From Rhodosorus marinus CCMP1338 (taxonomy: Eukaryota; Plantae; Rhodophyta): a stretch of DNA of 64,000 nt. Under the pieces are notes generated by a model, which saw only the letters and a program-made list of their open reading frames with translations, searched no databases and was not told the DNA's origin. This document shows positions 38,786-51,351 of this stretch, in pieces (position 1 is the stretch's first letter; each line of letters starts with the position of its first letter). A program made the position numbers and the translations under genes. The stretch spans positions 2,418,001 to 2,482,000 of the forward strand of contig JAMWBK010000002.1 of the NCBI GenBank assembly GCA_029953675.1, written 5' to 3'.

Positions 38786-40513
38786 ATGGGTTTCTTGGGC
38801 CCAGTTTGGCCGTCAGTTCGATGTCGAACTTCGGTGTCCATGGTAAGTTTGTTCTTTGGTTCTTGTTCCTCGGGATGCATTTTGATCCCCACCCATGTGT
38901 GCGATGGTCGACGGATCGATCTCTAAATTGTCCCACGACGTGTTGGATTTTGTTCTGATTCATTCTTTGATTTATTCTGTCCCCGCTCAAACCAACAGCA
39001 GATCGATCGGAGAGGTCCTAGCAAAAAGCAGGAGGTCGATGGAAAATATGCGGCCAGGATCGTCTCTGGATCGGCCTTGAGCTTGGCGTTACTGGTTGGA
39101 TCTCCAGCGCTTGCCGAATCGGGATTGCCGGAGGCTTTTAGATCGCCTACCCAATCGATCACATCTACTGCCAACCGTGCTGGAGAAGTCGGCCTCAGAA
39201 CGGCAGAGTCCGCCGGGGAGTCAACGGCAGCGGACGCATGGCGAGTCCTCAAGCATGCTGGAGAAGTAGGAGCGGAGAAAATGGGACCCATTGCCGAATC
39301 GGCTGCAAAAGAGGCGTTGAAAGGGCTGCAGTATGCTGGAGAGGTGGGAATTAAGACAGTTGCACCCTTAGCGAAATCTGCCGCAACAGAAGCATGGAAA
39401 GTCGTTTCTAATTCAGTAAGCTCTTCTGCCAAGAACGCTGGGATCATTGGGGAGAGTAAAGAGGTAGTCGTTGATATCGCCACCGGTGACCCCGCTTCGT
39501 CTCCGGGCAAGTCTGTAAGCGATTATTTTCGGGCGCGATTTGGACTTCCAGAGGCTAAAAAAGCTCCCCCAGTGGGTCAAGAAGATGTAAAAGGTCGAAC
39601 TGGAGGTAAAGAAGCTGAAACGGGAAAAGAAGCCGAAAAGACGAGCAAACCCAGCGCTGAGTTTGATTCCGCGGCTAAAGAAAGCAAGAGCTCCGAGAAG
39701 CCAGGAGGGAAGCCAGAAGAGGCCAAGGACTCAGCGAAAACTGCAGATCAAGAACGGACTGATGACAAGGGGACCGGGCCTGCTGCTGCACCCGGAGCTA
39801 AAGAGGCACAGGAAAAAGTTGACCAGGGCAAGGAGGCAGCAGCGAAGGTGGAATCAGAATCCTCCAAAACAGTGAAAACAGACAAGGTTGGAGATGCTCC
39901 AGCTGGTGGCCAGGAGATCGCAGGGGATGTTGCAAATGAGCAGAAAAAGGAAGGGAGTCCAGGGATGGTAACGACTCAAGAGAAAACCTCAGAGCAGAAG
40001 GAAACGGTATCCACGACCGATGCCGTAGGTGAAACGCCATCCGTGGAGAATGTTCAGGCGCAAGCTCAGGAGATCCAAGACGGGGCTCCAGCTCTCGCTA
40101 TGGAAAAGAAGCCGGGTCCAATTCAGGTGAACAAGGAATGTACCTGCCCGGCACGTGCAGAAGGCGATGCGGAGGTCATGACCACGGCGACGGGGGAGCT
40201 GCGCCCCGAAGACAAGGGGCAAGGAGGGGCTGAAGCTTCCCCGGCCCTTACTGTCAAGACTTCTGAGGAAAAGAAGGAGGTGGGAAGCGAGGAAATCCAG
40301 AAATCGAGCGTAGAGGCCGCCGAGGAAAAGCAACAGTCTGGAACTGAAACATCCCAAGGCCCCAGCTCGACGGCCTCTGAGGATAAAAAGCTGGTGGCAG
40401 CTCGAGATAACAAGGAACCAGACGTCAAAACCGAGAGTAGGCAACTCGACGCATCCCAAGACACCGCAAGGTCGTCGCGGCGTGAGCAGAGGACTACTTT
40501 GGCTCCAGAGTAA
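38786..40513 (+). CDS. Orphan predicted thylakoid-lumen-targeted protein with three 26-aa repeats and a long acidic disordered region
   Basis: Exon 1 (38786-38842) encodes MGFLGPVWPSVRCRTSVSM. Exon 2 from 38999 is in frame with the 39077-40513 ORF: QIDRR…IVSGSALSLALLVGSPALA|ES. The 3' end is uncertain. Confidence 0.75.
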
Positions 40514-41656
40514 CCCAATGCTGTCGCGTACACTTGCAGATCATCATGGATGCTGGAAAAGACTTAGTTTGGAAAGCAAGAATGGACGACGAAAATTTGC
40601 TCCCTGTTTTAGCGTTCTTTCTCTCACGTAGTCTGCCCAACAGCAGGGTTGCGAAGTTCATCTACGACCGAGCCCGAGGACGAAGGTTGAAGAAGTTCGT
40701 TCGCGCCATGTATAGCTATCCAACTTGCCTCGCAGATATTTTTATGCATTTTCTTTCAAACACGGTTCACGTTGGTTGATACGAGCTGAAATAAACCTAT
40801 CGCACAACTACCGACCACCAACCTGGCCATGAACGCAGGGCGATCTTGCTGAAACAGCAGAGAGGGACACCATAGGAGCGAATCAAAAGCTGCGAAGGCG
40901 TGCATCGATGAGCGAGTCCTCATCTCCTCCGGACCAGGCAACGATTAAGCCGATGCTAAACTAAATCCGGCTCTGGACTCAACAAGGAATGCTAAGCATG
41001 CATCTGATGGAGAGGGGAACCGTACAATCGAATTCGACTATCAAAATCCCATCTGTTAGAGCGATAAGCGTATGGCTCGATGAGGAATTCCATTTCTCTT
41101 CGCGAACAGGGAATCGCTTCACACAATACGATACAAGATCCAACAGACAAGAGTCCGTCAACCCCATTCCATGTGGCTACGTCCTTTTTTACGCAATTCA
41201 ATATCGGAGTAATGTAAATGTGAACTTCCGAATTCACAAAAACCTATCTCTTGAAGCCTTCAAATTATTTTCACAAAGCCATAATGCTCAATGAGCTTTC
41301 ACAAAAAACTATTTGCATACATAAATAAAGACAGGCTGTTAAATAGTATGAATATGAATGAGAATTGCGTGTGTGGCATAAGTAGAAACGCGGAATGGGT
41401 ATTGCTATGCTAATATTATTAATGTGAAAGCGAATACGATGGAATTCATATTCACAAAGTGCTTGTTTGTGTGGATGAGAGACGGCGACATGTTATTGGC
41501 TTAGGTTACGGCACCGTATTGGGAATCGGCTTATGTGATCCCGTTCTTGGATGGTCAGGCTCCTGGCTCGGAAAGCTTGTTTGTTAGACTTTTGAAGAGT
41601 TGCAGATTGCGAGAAGGCAGCAGTAGCAATCTAAATTGGTGAAAGAGGTCTCCTTG

Positions 41657-42498
41657 ATGGGTTTCTTGGGCCCTGTTGGGCCACCACTTCGAAGCCGGAC
41701 CTCGGTGTCGATGGTAAGCCGACGTACTCTCTGCTCGATTTTGGTCTATGTCAAAGTTTTGGAATAAGCTTTTTGATCGAAGGATCAGGGATTGAGCCTT
41801 TCCTACAGCTCGGTTTTATTGATCGGTTCTCTTTTTTGTCTAATCACCAACACTTTTGTGGTTGTTTATCGCCACGCCTGCAGCAGGTCGATCGGAGGGA
41901 TGCTCTGAAAATAGTCTCTGGCTCAGCTTTGAGCATCGCGTTGATATCCATAGGATCTCCAGCCATTGCCGAATCAACAGCAGCGAAGGTAGACCAGCCT
42001 ACCACGTTCTAGCCACGATCTGAACAAAGCATCCCTCGCAATGCCTAGGGCTGACCTCGTTGTGATTGCCTCCCTCTCTCGGTGTAGGGCATAAGCAAGG
42101 GCCGCCTGTTTCCCTGCCCACAGAATGGAGCATGCCTATCGAGCTCGAGCTCTAATCAGCCATCAAAGTACATTGCTCCATGGAGCTACGAGGGGACTTC
42201 CGATGAAGCCAAAAGCAAGCTCCTGGACTACGCAAACAAGTCTTCATCGCTTAAGGTCGTCGCTCACGATGGTGACTACGTTTGGTTAGTGTACGAAGGA
42301 GGCACCCTCAAGGGCGAAGTCGACATCGAGTTCAAACTTCGAAAAGATGATCAAATCGTTACCATCAGAGCTGCGTCGCGACGAACCACTAAGGTCTACG
42401 CATTTTCCGCTCCATCGACAGACCTAAAAGCGCTTCTTACGGGACTTCGGCAGGATCTCGGATGGGAGGATCTGGACAAAGACTTGCTGGAGATGTGA
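41657..42498 (+). CDS. DUF1499-like thylakoid lumen protein, 3 exons
   Basis: Exons 41657-41713, 41884-41988 and 42088-42498: MGFLGPVGPPLRSRTSVSM|QVDRRDALKIVSGSALSIALISIGSPAIAESTAAK|GISKGRLFPCPQNGACLSSSSSNQPSKYIAPWSYEG…DIEFKL…TIRAASR. The family call rests on the PCPxxxxCxS/YIAPW/IRxASR motifs. Confidence 0.75.
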
Positions 42499-42637
42499 CA
42501 GAACTTCCTGCACCTGGTCCCCCCGATGGTGGATTGCCAAACCTTCTGGCAATAAAAATGAAAGAAATCCACGAAATCCCGGGTGGAGTGGAGGAAATCA
42601 TCAGAAATCTCGGCCACGGAGAGGCAGTGACCTCCTC

Positions 42638-43177
42638 TCATTCCCTGAATTCAATGTAGTAATCGATCGCCGCCGAGAATGCAGCCATTCCTGCGCATCC
42701 AACTGCCATCTGCGAAGCCCGTGCCCTCGCGCCAATTTGAGATCTCGGCGTAGACGCCATGGTTGCACCAGTGACGCAACCCGCATTAACAGCATTCCAA
42801 ATATCGTGCTTTGCTCGAATCTTTTCGATCGCGCACTCCGACCCAGAGTAGACCATCCCGAAAGCCGAAAAGCTCCTGGCGTAGCTGCCCATGGCCTTGG
42901 CAGCGGATCGGAACCCTACACTTAGCTTCTGCCTGGTCGAGCCCTTGAAATCAACGGCTTCATCAACGGCGTTCGAGTAGCCTCCGAAGAGGAGCCCGAA
43001 GAAAACTCCCAACCCAGCACCGGCCACGGCGCTCAATCCAGACTTGAAAACGCATGATTCCGTCAAGGTCTCAATGCTGAGGCCAGCGCCAGGAACCGCC
43101 GCTCCAGGCACCCCAGCAACCCCAGGCGCACCCGCATCTAAACTCGTAGACGCCTCGGCTTCGTTCATCTGATTCAT
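42638..43177 (-). CDS. TIM22: Mitochondrial inner membrane translocase Tim22
   Basis: TESCVFKSGLSAVAGAGLGVFFGLL, ARSFSAFGMVYSGSECAIEKIRAKHDIWNAVNAGCVTGA, and GCAGMAAFSAAIDYY. Both conserved Cys are present. Confidence 0.92.
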   Translation of the reverse strand: MNQMNEAEASTSLDAGAPGVAGVPGAAVPGAGLSIETLTESCVFKSGLSAVAGAGLGVFFGLLFGGYSNAVDEAVDFKGSTRQKLSVGFRSAAKAMGSYARSFSAFGMVYSGSECAIEKIRAKHDIWNAVNAGCVTGATMASTPRSQIGARARASQMAVGCAGMAAFSAAIDYYIEFRE

Positions 43178-43945
43178 CTAAACGTGTACACCTCAGTTTA
43201 CTCTACCCTCGACCGACAATGATCCATCCATGGCAGAGCTCCTTGTTCACCAATCCCCCGATCCATTTGCTTTGTCACCGGCGATAACGATAACACGGGG
43301 CGGCAGCCGCTGCTGAACTCTTGGGCAAGTCTAGGTCTGCAAGAGTCATCGAGGCTTGACGCTGGAATGAACACATCGTTGCTTACTAATTCAGTAGTTG
43401 AGGGATCCGAGCGATTTCTGGGTCCACAGGACGATCTCTTCCCGTGTAAGATCCATTATTTGTAACGACGGATGCCGACAAAGTATCGCCCGTCCGTGAA
43501 TTGAATCCATGAACATTGACAGGCTTATTGAGAGAATAAGCACATGGGAGATTAAGGGTTCCTGGTTGAGCGATCCGAGCGGTTGTGAGTCAATCAGACC
43601 ATTCTAATTCATTCATAGTTGCGGCAGTGACGCAATAAGTAGACGGTGGCATTGGCCGCCAGCTGATTTTGGGTGTCCAGCGTGAACATGCAAGGTTGTC
43701 GCTGGAAAGAACACAGCGAAGCTTGTGGATTCCTCGGTGATGGATCCGAGCGCTTTTTCTATCGATCGGGTTGTCCCTTCCCGCACCCAATCCTTTTGCT
43801 TGCGGCGGCGATGACGCGGTGCACGGCACACGGACGTCATTCCTCTGATGTGGAGGTCAATGAACAGGGTTCGTTGCCGACATGAATATAGTGGGGTTTG
43901 TTCCTTATCAGCCAAATTATCCGTTTCCGTGCCGTGACGTGTCGT

Positions 43946-44153
43946 TGGCACAATGCTCCGAAGCTCTAGCCCTATGCTTGTTGATGTCCACCAGCCTGAG
44001 TTGGTGTCAGACTTGTTCGATCTACTATCTCCATTGTCAGATTCATTCATGGCACGTTGCTCAGAAGCTCTAGCCCAGTGCTTACTGGGGTCCGCCAGCC
44101 TGAGTTGGTGTCAGACTTGTTCGATCAACTATCTCCATATTCAGATTCATTTA
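43946..44153. repeat. Diverged 104-bp tandem duplication
   Basis: tgctc(c/a)gaagctctagccc…ccagcctgagttggtgtcagacttgttcgatc(t/a)actatctccat at 43954 and 44058. Confidence 0.9.
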
Positions 44154-44753
44154 ACTAAAGAGATACTCAGACAAGGCGGTGCATTGTTTCTGGCCCACTC
44201 GAGGAGTCGATGGGTGCCCTTAACGCTGGTGTTGAGTCAATTCGGATCTGCTTCCACAAGTCAATTTGGTAGGGAAAGCCAGTCCTCGTTTGAACTGCAT
44301 GGACTCTTGAATAGCTTTCTAGACGCAAGCAAATACTTGTTGGCCTTCATCGTCTTTGCTTTCTCAATCTGCGCGTCAGATTGACCAAGGGGTTCACACC
44401 GTATGAGAATGAGATTTGTATGCTGCGATTCTCAAACATTACTGGTCGCTGTAAAAGGGACCAACAGATATCAGCTGATTCGCATTATGTTTCTGTCCAG
44501 CAAAGAGGATGACATGCCATGTTAAGGATCGTTCCCTGTATCCTCGTCTCACAACAAGCTCTGGTAGACTCTTCTTCGACATCCGTCGACGCATTGCCTT
44601 TTAGCGGGATATCCGTCGACGGATGAAGGGATTTAATAGTTCATTATCAATTAAAGCAGCGTTCTTCATATATTGTACATGTTTACCAATTCAGACATAT
44701 GCAGCGTACTTCTTCTTCCAAAACGTCCGCAACTTGATGCAACCTGTAACCCC

Positions 44754-47700
44754 TCAGCGTCGATCATCTCTTCCGCCTGGCCTCCTAAGGCGCGCTTGGA
44801 CAGGGGCTCGGTTTCCCGGCAGGGGCCCTCTCTGAGAACCGGGTGGGTACATACGGGGCTCGCGGTCACTGCCTCTCATGCCAAAGTTCTGGCCGCTGTC
44901 CGAACGATGAAGCTGTCCTCTAGGTGATACTGGTCTGCTCGGCCCGTATTCCATTCTTCGGTTGTCGTCCCTGTTTGGAGGACCTGCGCAATTCGAGGCA
45001 TTCGAAGTTAAGCATAAACTCATCGGCAATTGATGGCGGGGCAAACGCCGGTACCTCGAGATCTCTTCTGATCGAAACGATTAGGTGAAAGGCTTTCCGC
45101 TCTGCGACGTTTCATCTGGTCGTCTTCTCCAATTTCGCCGTCGCTATCCCTCCCACGATGGCGCTTTTGTCGCTCAGGTGCGTTTCCGGGTCGGTCCAAA
45201 TGGTCGCCGTCTCTTCCATCCTAGAAAATGTGCAAGGGAACGCCAACGTTAAGTAGTCAATCGCGGAAAACGGTATTCAATTGTTCTGATTGGACTACCT
45301 TCATATCGTTCCTCCGCGACACCGGAGATCTGCGGTCGTCCCTATAGCCACCCGACGAGGTCTCCAACTGCGGTAGAGCCTTTGAGATCATCCTCGGCGC
45401 ATCACCACTCCCTTTGGGCTTCAGTTCCCAAGTTCGCCCTCCGGTCCTTCCCCGAATGGTTTCACTGTACATACTTCGCGGGGACATTGCAGGTTCGTTG
45501 TTGAAGTTTGGCTTTTCATCTCTTCTCTTTTGGTCCGGTCGCGGTTCCTCGCCTCCGCGCTTATCGTCGTCCTTTTTGGCCTCTCTCTTGTTGTCTCTGT
45601 TGGAGTCGTTTGTAGATCGGTTCTCCCTGTCATTAGTTTTCGGTCCATCCTTCTCGACATCGTCAGCCGTGCTCTTTGGTTTCCCCGAAGATCCCTTCTC
45701 GGCGACCTTGGCGTTGCTCTTTGTTGGCGGCGCGGTCTTAGTGCTTTCAACCTATTGCGCATATTTTTGTGGTCAGGTGGTCTGCTGCACAATAATTTGC
45801 ATCATTTGTGCAATCGTGAGGTGACATACTGGCTTCTTCTTTGACTTCGTGCTGCTGGACTTCACACCCTCCGATTTTCCTTGCCTCTTTCCAGCTTCAA
45901 GCATTGCGAAGTAGCTAGTTGACATAAGTCGTATATCCTCCCGATCACCATTTCTGAGCTTGTCCACCTGTCGAAACAACGCATTCTGAGTTTTCTAGAG
46001 ACGCCCGTGATAAAGCTCAATGCGAGTCAAGGAATTGTATTCATTCATACCCTGTCAACGATGATACTCCTCACGTCCTCGGTCTTCGGGAAGACGGATT
46101 GGATGGCGATCAAAACTACAAGAGCGTTGCGTACTTGCATGTACTCTGTACTCTCCAACGCCACATGAAACGCCTGTGGATAAACGCATCCGCTTGCCAG
46201 TCAGACGTCAAACTTGTGCTCTTGATACATTTGCACAGTTGTTCGAAGACGAATTGTCCAATACATCAATACCAATCGAATCTAGCCTCAACCACAGCCG
46301 GGTGCGCTCGGACAACTGCATCCAGCCGGCTCGTTCGATCAGGAGAGGATTCCCTACCTTCGCTAAGTGCTGATTCATTCGATTCATTATCAACACAAAT
46401 CCGGCATGACCATCCTTGCTCTGGAAATCGAAACACGCTTTCGGTAGACATTCCGACTCAAAGAGTTTCTTGTTCGTACGCCACTTTTCTGTGACGGTAA
46501 GTGTTTCGCAAAGAAACCTAGCCGACAGGACCACAGAGATTTTCTTATTAGGAGATGCGCTTTCGGCCAACTGCTCAGTTTCTCGATAACGAACCTCCCG
46601 AAGCGACTGGCTTCAGCTTCTGTACACGCGAAAACAAGCTGTCCAACGCTTCGACAAAGGGTCGAAATATAAGCCACAATGTTAAACTCCTCGACATCAA
46701 GTTCCACCATAACGTCGATTACGAATCGTGCAGTGTAGACGGAGTCGCTCTGAGAAGCTATACATCGCGGTACAACACATCGCTCGAGGAATACGTTAAC
46801 CAGTTCCAGTTTGTTTCCACCACCCGGGAAGAACTGTCGTCGGCAGAAACAGCCTGGTTTAGTTTGGCTGCGTTTCATGCTGTGATTCCAAGCTGCGTCA
46901 TACCTTGGATTTTCTAGCCCGAAGCCGCTTGAATATAGCTTTAGTGTGCGCCTCGTGGTCCTTGCTCTCCTTTTCCAACTGGGATAGCTCTGTTTTCATT
47001 GTCTTGTTACGCTCAGTCTGCTCCGTTCCGACCTCACTCGGAGGAGATTCCCTTAGGACATTATTGCGCTTGTTGATCTCGGTTTCATAAGCCGTTTTCG
47101 AAAAATAGATGTCATAGAGCGAAAGACACCAGAAGGTGGTATAAAATTCGGGCGATAGGTTCTATGCAATCAAATGGAGTAGTGTGTTAAGCAAGGGAAA
47201 GGACGAGATCCGGCGCTCCGACCGCCCGTTCAATCTTTATCTGCACTTTGAGGGTTCGTTCGCTGGATTTCTCACCTTGATGATATGTTCCGGCAGAGGA
47301 AAATCCAGTGAGAATGATTGCTGTTGATCTTTTTCTGTTCCGTTCTCTGTGGGCTTCTCAGTTGCCTCGGTTTTGTCTTCGCTCTCTGTAAGCCACCACG
47401 ACCGGTGAAGAGCGCACTGCTTAGTATGGCAACCTGAGTAGCTGAGCATTGATGCAACTCTCACCGTCCATTGCATTCTCTGCTTTCCCGTCTTTTACTT
47501 CGTCTGCCTCGTTTTCGGCTAGCTTTTCGCCTCCATCGAGTTCCAACTCCAAGTAATCCATCTGGTAGCGATTGAGTTGGAAAGCAATATCTGGCTCAAC
47601 ATTGTATGCTACAAGGTCTCCGACCCCCAAAACGGAGAGCCGTTTGCTCTTCGTTCCCTTCGTCGCGTTCTGGTGCTGCAGGAACTCGGAGTAGAGAGTC

Positions 47701-50700
47701 AAGAAATCCTGGAATGGAAAGTTGGAAAACGCGAATACCTCAGCAAAGACCATCCTAAGGGATAGATTTCTCACTTGGGGAGCGCACTGGATTTCCCTCC
47801 GCTCAATACCTGGCATCTATCATAAACATTGCCGATAATCTTCAGGGGTCTACTTCTAAAATCTGCGGAGAATATTATGTCCTGCCTCTGCTGCTCAACA
47901 GCAATCGGCAGATGAGAGGTCAACCCAGATGCGAACAGCTCGTCTCGAAGTTTGGTTTCGGACTTTTTCGCACTGATAGTCGTCCCTCCCGCGCTGAGCA
48001 CGTTGGTAATAACGATATCCTTAAGGATCTGCAGTGGCAGAGAGAATGTGGGAAGTCAGTCTCTTAACCCAGAATTTGTTTCTCAACGCGTTGTATTTGT
48101 CCAAGGACACTTACAGGTCCGGCGTTCAGGGACTCAATCTGTGAAAGGCTCAGTTCCTCAATAATAGAAATACCGGTCATGCTGGAGACCACTTCACTTA
48201 GGAGAAATATTACAAGGGGGTCACCTTCCTGCATGGAATTGAAAGCGAATCCGAGGAAGGCCTTCATTTCCAAGCTCGCCGGGTATCGCCTCAGTACCAA
48301 TCCGGAAAATGCACAAAGGTTCGCAAACCTGTTCAGCGCAAAAACGAAACAACGCCGAGGGTCAGGAAACAACATTTGTGCTTGAGATCAAGCCTCAGCA
48401 GTTCGCCGAAAGCATGTTCTTGCTGCGAACCATTGAGCAATGTTTGTGCCGTCCTGCTTGAGCCTATCACGGTCACGATTCGAAAGTTGTTGAACACAGC
48501 TGTACAATAGAGTATCAAAGGCCAGATTTGTGACATAGCGGAGGGACTCTACGAGTGGTGGGATAATATTCTCGTAGCTCTTGACCTGCTCCAGCATTGC
48601 ATCAAATACTGGCATGCAGTTTCCTGTACAGCGAGATCGTCAATGGAAATCTTTAGAGCTCTTTTCTATTTTTGAGGGTATAAGGGTACCACCAAGCTTC
48701 GCCTTACCATGGGCAATCTTTGCAAGGCTGCGACCTGTATGCTTCTCGTTATCTTTGGTTAGCCTCCTGAGAACGCCCCTGGTTTCCTTCGCGGTCATCG
48801 CATTGACCACAAGCAGTATGGGGTTTTGAGCTACAGCCTCTCGTCGAAGCCAGTGGTAGTACTCAAACCTCTTGTCCAGGGGGACAGATTGGATTGCTTC
48901 CCAAAATTCGACAGAGAGAGGAGCGTTGCAACGAGTGAGGGAGACCCCAGGAAGAAGCATATCTCGAACGATAAGATCGAACAAGTCCGGATGGATGGAT
49001 TCTTTCTGTGTGTGGAAAGCAGCCGGACAGTGGAGATACGAGGATCAGGGCGAATTTGCATAAAGAAACTCTTCTTTTCTACGCTGGGAAGCTAGAAGCG
49101 CCTCCCCGGGATGAGCAGATGCTGACCAGACTTACCTTTTCAATAGACGCGAAGAACCTGGTCAACCGAAAAAGAAATCTGGTATCTCTATAGCAGTTCG
49201 ATCGAAGGACCTTCAGCATGTCGTACAGCGGATGAGAAGAGGGGTCCTTGACCCATCCCTCGACGTCCGATAAGGGCGGTACGATTCCCTGCTCCATGCT
49301 TCCCAGCGGAAGGTGACCTCGTTTGCGACTACCATGGGAAGCAGACCCTAAAAGGTGATGTGTCAAAAACCCCAGACGTAAGCTTTCGGGGTCCGTCTCC
49401 ATTATCACAAGCCTAGAAATGTCCATGCTCTGTACCTGCATAGTTTCCGGCCTGTGCAAGTATTGAATCAGCGAGGGATGTTAACGCTTGCGCCACCGAG
49501 CCGTGCAGAGCAACATCCAAAGACGTAGTTTCCGTTCCAAGTCTGGTAATTACTACTTCAGCTGTACTCCAATCTCCAAGCCGAAGGGAAGCCGCGAGCA
49601 AACCGATTTTTTGGCAATTGCTTCCTTCGTATGGACCCCTTTGTAAAAGTTCCAGCTCTTCCTACGAAATCAGGTACAACAATGCAGCGTGTTGGTCGCC
49701 AGAAACGGTGATGCCGCATTCATCTCGATCTTCCCTAGTGTCCTCCTGCGCCTTACCTCATTTGTCAACTCCTTTTCAATCTCATCCTTTGCCAAGCTCA
49801 CAATCTGCACCTTCTTCGCCAAAGCCTTGCACTTTTCCCGGAACGTGGTTTCTAGCAAACACAACGGGTCCTCTTCACCGCTGGCGGGGTCTTGAGGACT
49901 CAGATGTGGCCAGAGATTATCCAGCTCGACTAACCCTTCCCTCACGAGCAATGCCGAGACGTTCAGAACGGGCATAAGCGTTCTATCGTCGCTCCTCGAC
50001 CCTTCCTTTTCGACATTGTCTTGCTTGGCGCCATCCTTTGCTTCGTGGTAACGCTGAAGCTTGAATCCTATTAGCTGTGTGATGTATTCGATCTGAGAAA
50101 CGTTCCGAATCAAGTCAGCTCTCCAACGTTGGATACTGGCATAGGTTATCAACCGATAGTTGAAGTGCGAGTTGAAGCCCGGGGTGGACGTTCTTACTCT
50201 GTACTGTCTGAGGAGCTTATTGAAAAACAGTGGCAGCTTGAAGCTCGCTGGTGAGTCAATAGGAAGTCGTTGATCGCGAATTTCCAAAGCGGTCAGAGCA
50301 ATATCAATAACTCGAGTTGGGTCGAGATCGAAAAAGCCGATCAGACTTTGGACGGTTTGAACTCGTCTTGAACACGCGTCTTCGTCCGTCAAGTCCGGCT
50401 CCACCGCAAGATCCACAAGCTCTACAAGCAGCTTACTAAACCCTTCGGATTCTTCCCTTAGCAGGTTGAACTTGCGCTGGGTGTAGAATATTCTTGTGTT
50501 GGTAATGACCACCTTCTTCGACCACCACTGCGCGGTTCGAACGAGTCCACTGACTTCAAGGATCTCCGGTTCAAGCCTCTCTCGGAGCAACCATTCATCC
50601 ACAAGCTTTCGTTCGTTGATCATCTTCACCATACTGCTCAAGCACGAGAACGACGTTTTCGGCTCCTTGCTGTACGGTGTCATTGTATTTGCAAACCTGA

Positions 50701-51161
50701 AAGTTTCATAGCGAGCACGATCAGTACCAAAAAAAGGAAACTCTCATGAGAACGCAAAAAATCTCGAACTAAAGGCCTGGTGATATCACGAAATGCTTGT
50801 GCTAACTAGTAGTTCGGACGCAAAGTCGTGAAGCAGACTACAGCTGTTTCTACGACACTAGTCAAGGCGCCCGAAAAGGAGCCAGGGAGAAAGTTGAAGT
50901 CCAAGCCAACATCGACAAACAAAGCAGCGCTCCAGGAGCGCGAAATTTGCCAAAGAAAGCGTTGTCATACCATAGCGCGTCGACGAGCTCCGACGCTGTA
51001 ATCTGATCACCTTTCAATTTACTCTCGATTTCCTTCATCGCTTCCTCAACGCTCACAGAGGGTGGGACACTCATCACGCTCTTCTCCATCAGTTCCCCAA
51101 GCAAGGTCCATACTTGACCAGGAGACGTTGTCTTCGTTTTCATCTTGTCATCCACTTCCAT
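44754..51161 (-). CDS. THO2: THO complex subunit 2, multi-exon
   Basis: FYTQRKFNLLREESEGFSKL, SLIGFFDLDPTRVIDI, YENIIPPLVESLRY…LSNRDRDRLKQDGTN, EFYTTFWCLSLYDIYFP, YMQVRNALVVL, and a charged RD/RG-rich C-terminus. Confidence 0.95.
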
Positions 51162-51351
51162 CGTGAACGACGGAAACCCCCAAAACCACAACTCCTCAAG
51201 AAAGAGCTCGAAACAAATTCAAGTCGCCGCGTACGAAGTACAAAACCAACCCACCCTCAAAGCTTCCATCCCCAACACCCGAAATCCTTCAACAAGAAGA
51301 CTTTTGCAGACCTTCCTCCCCAACCGACATGACAAAAAATCCCTTTCGCGA

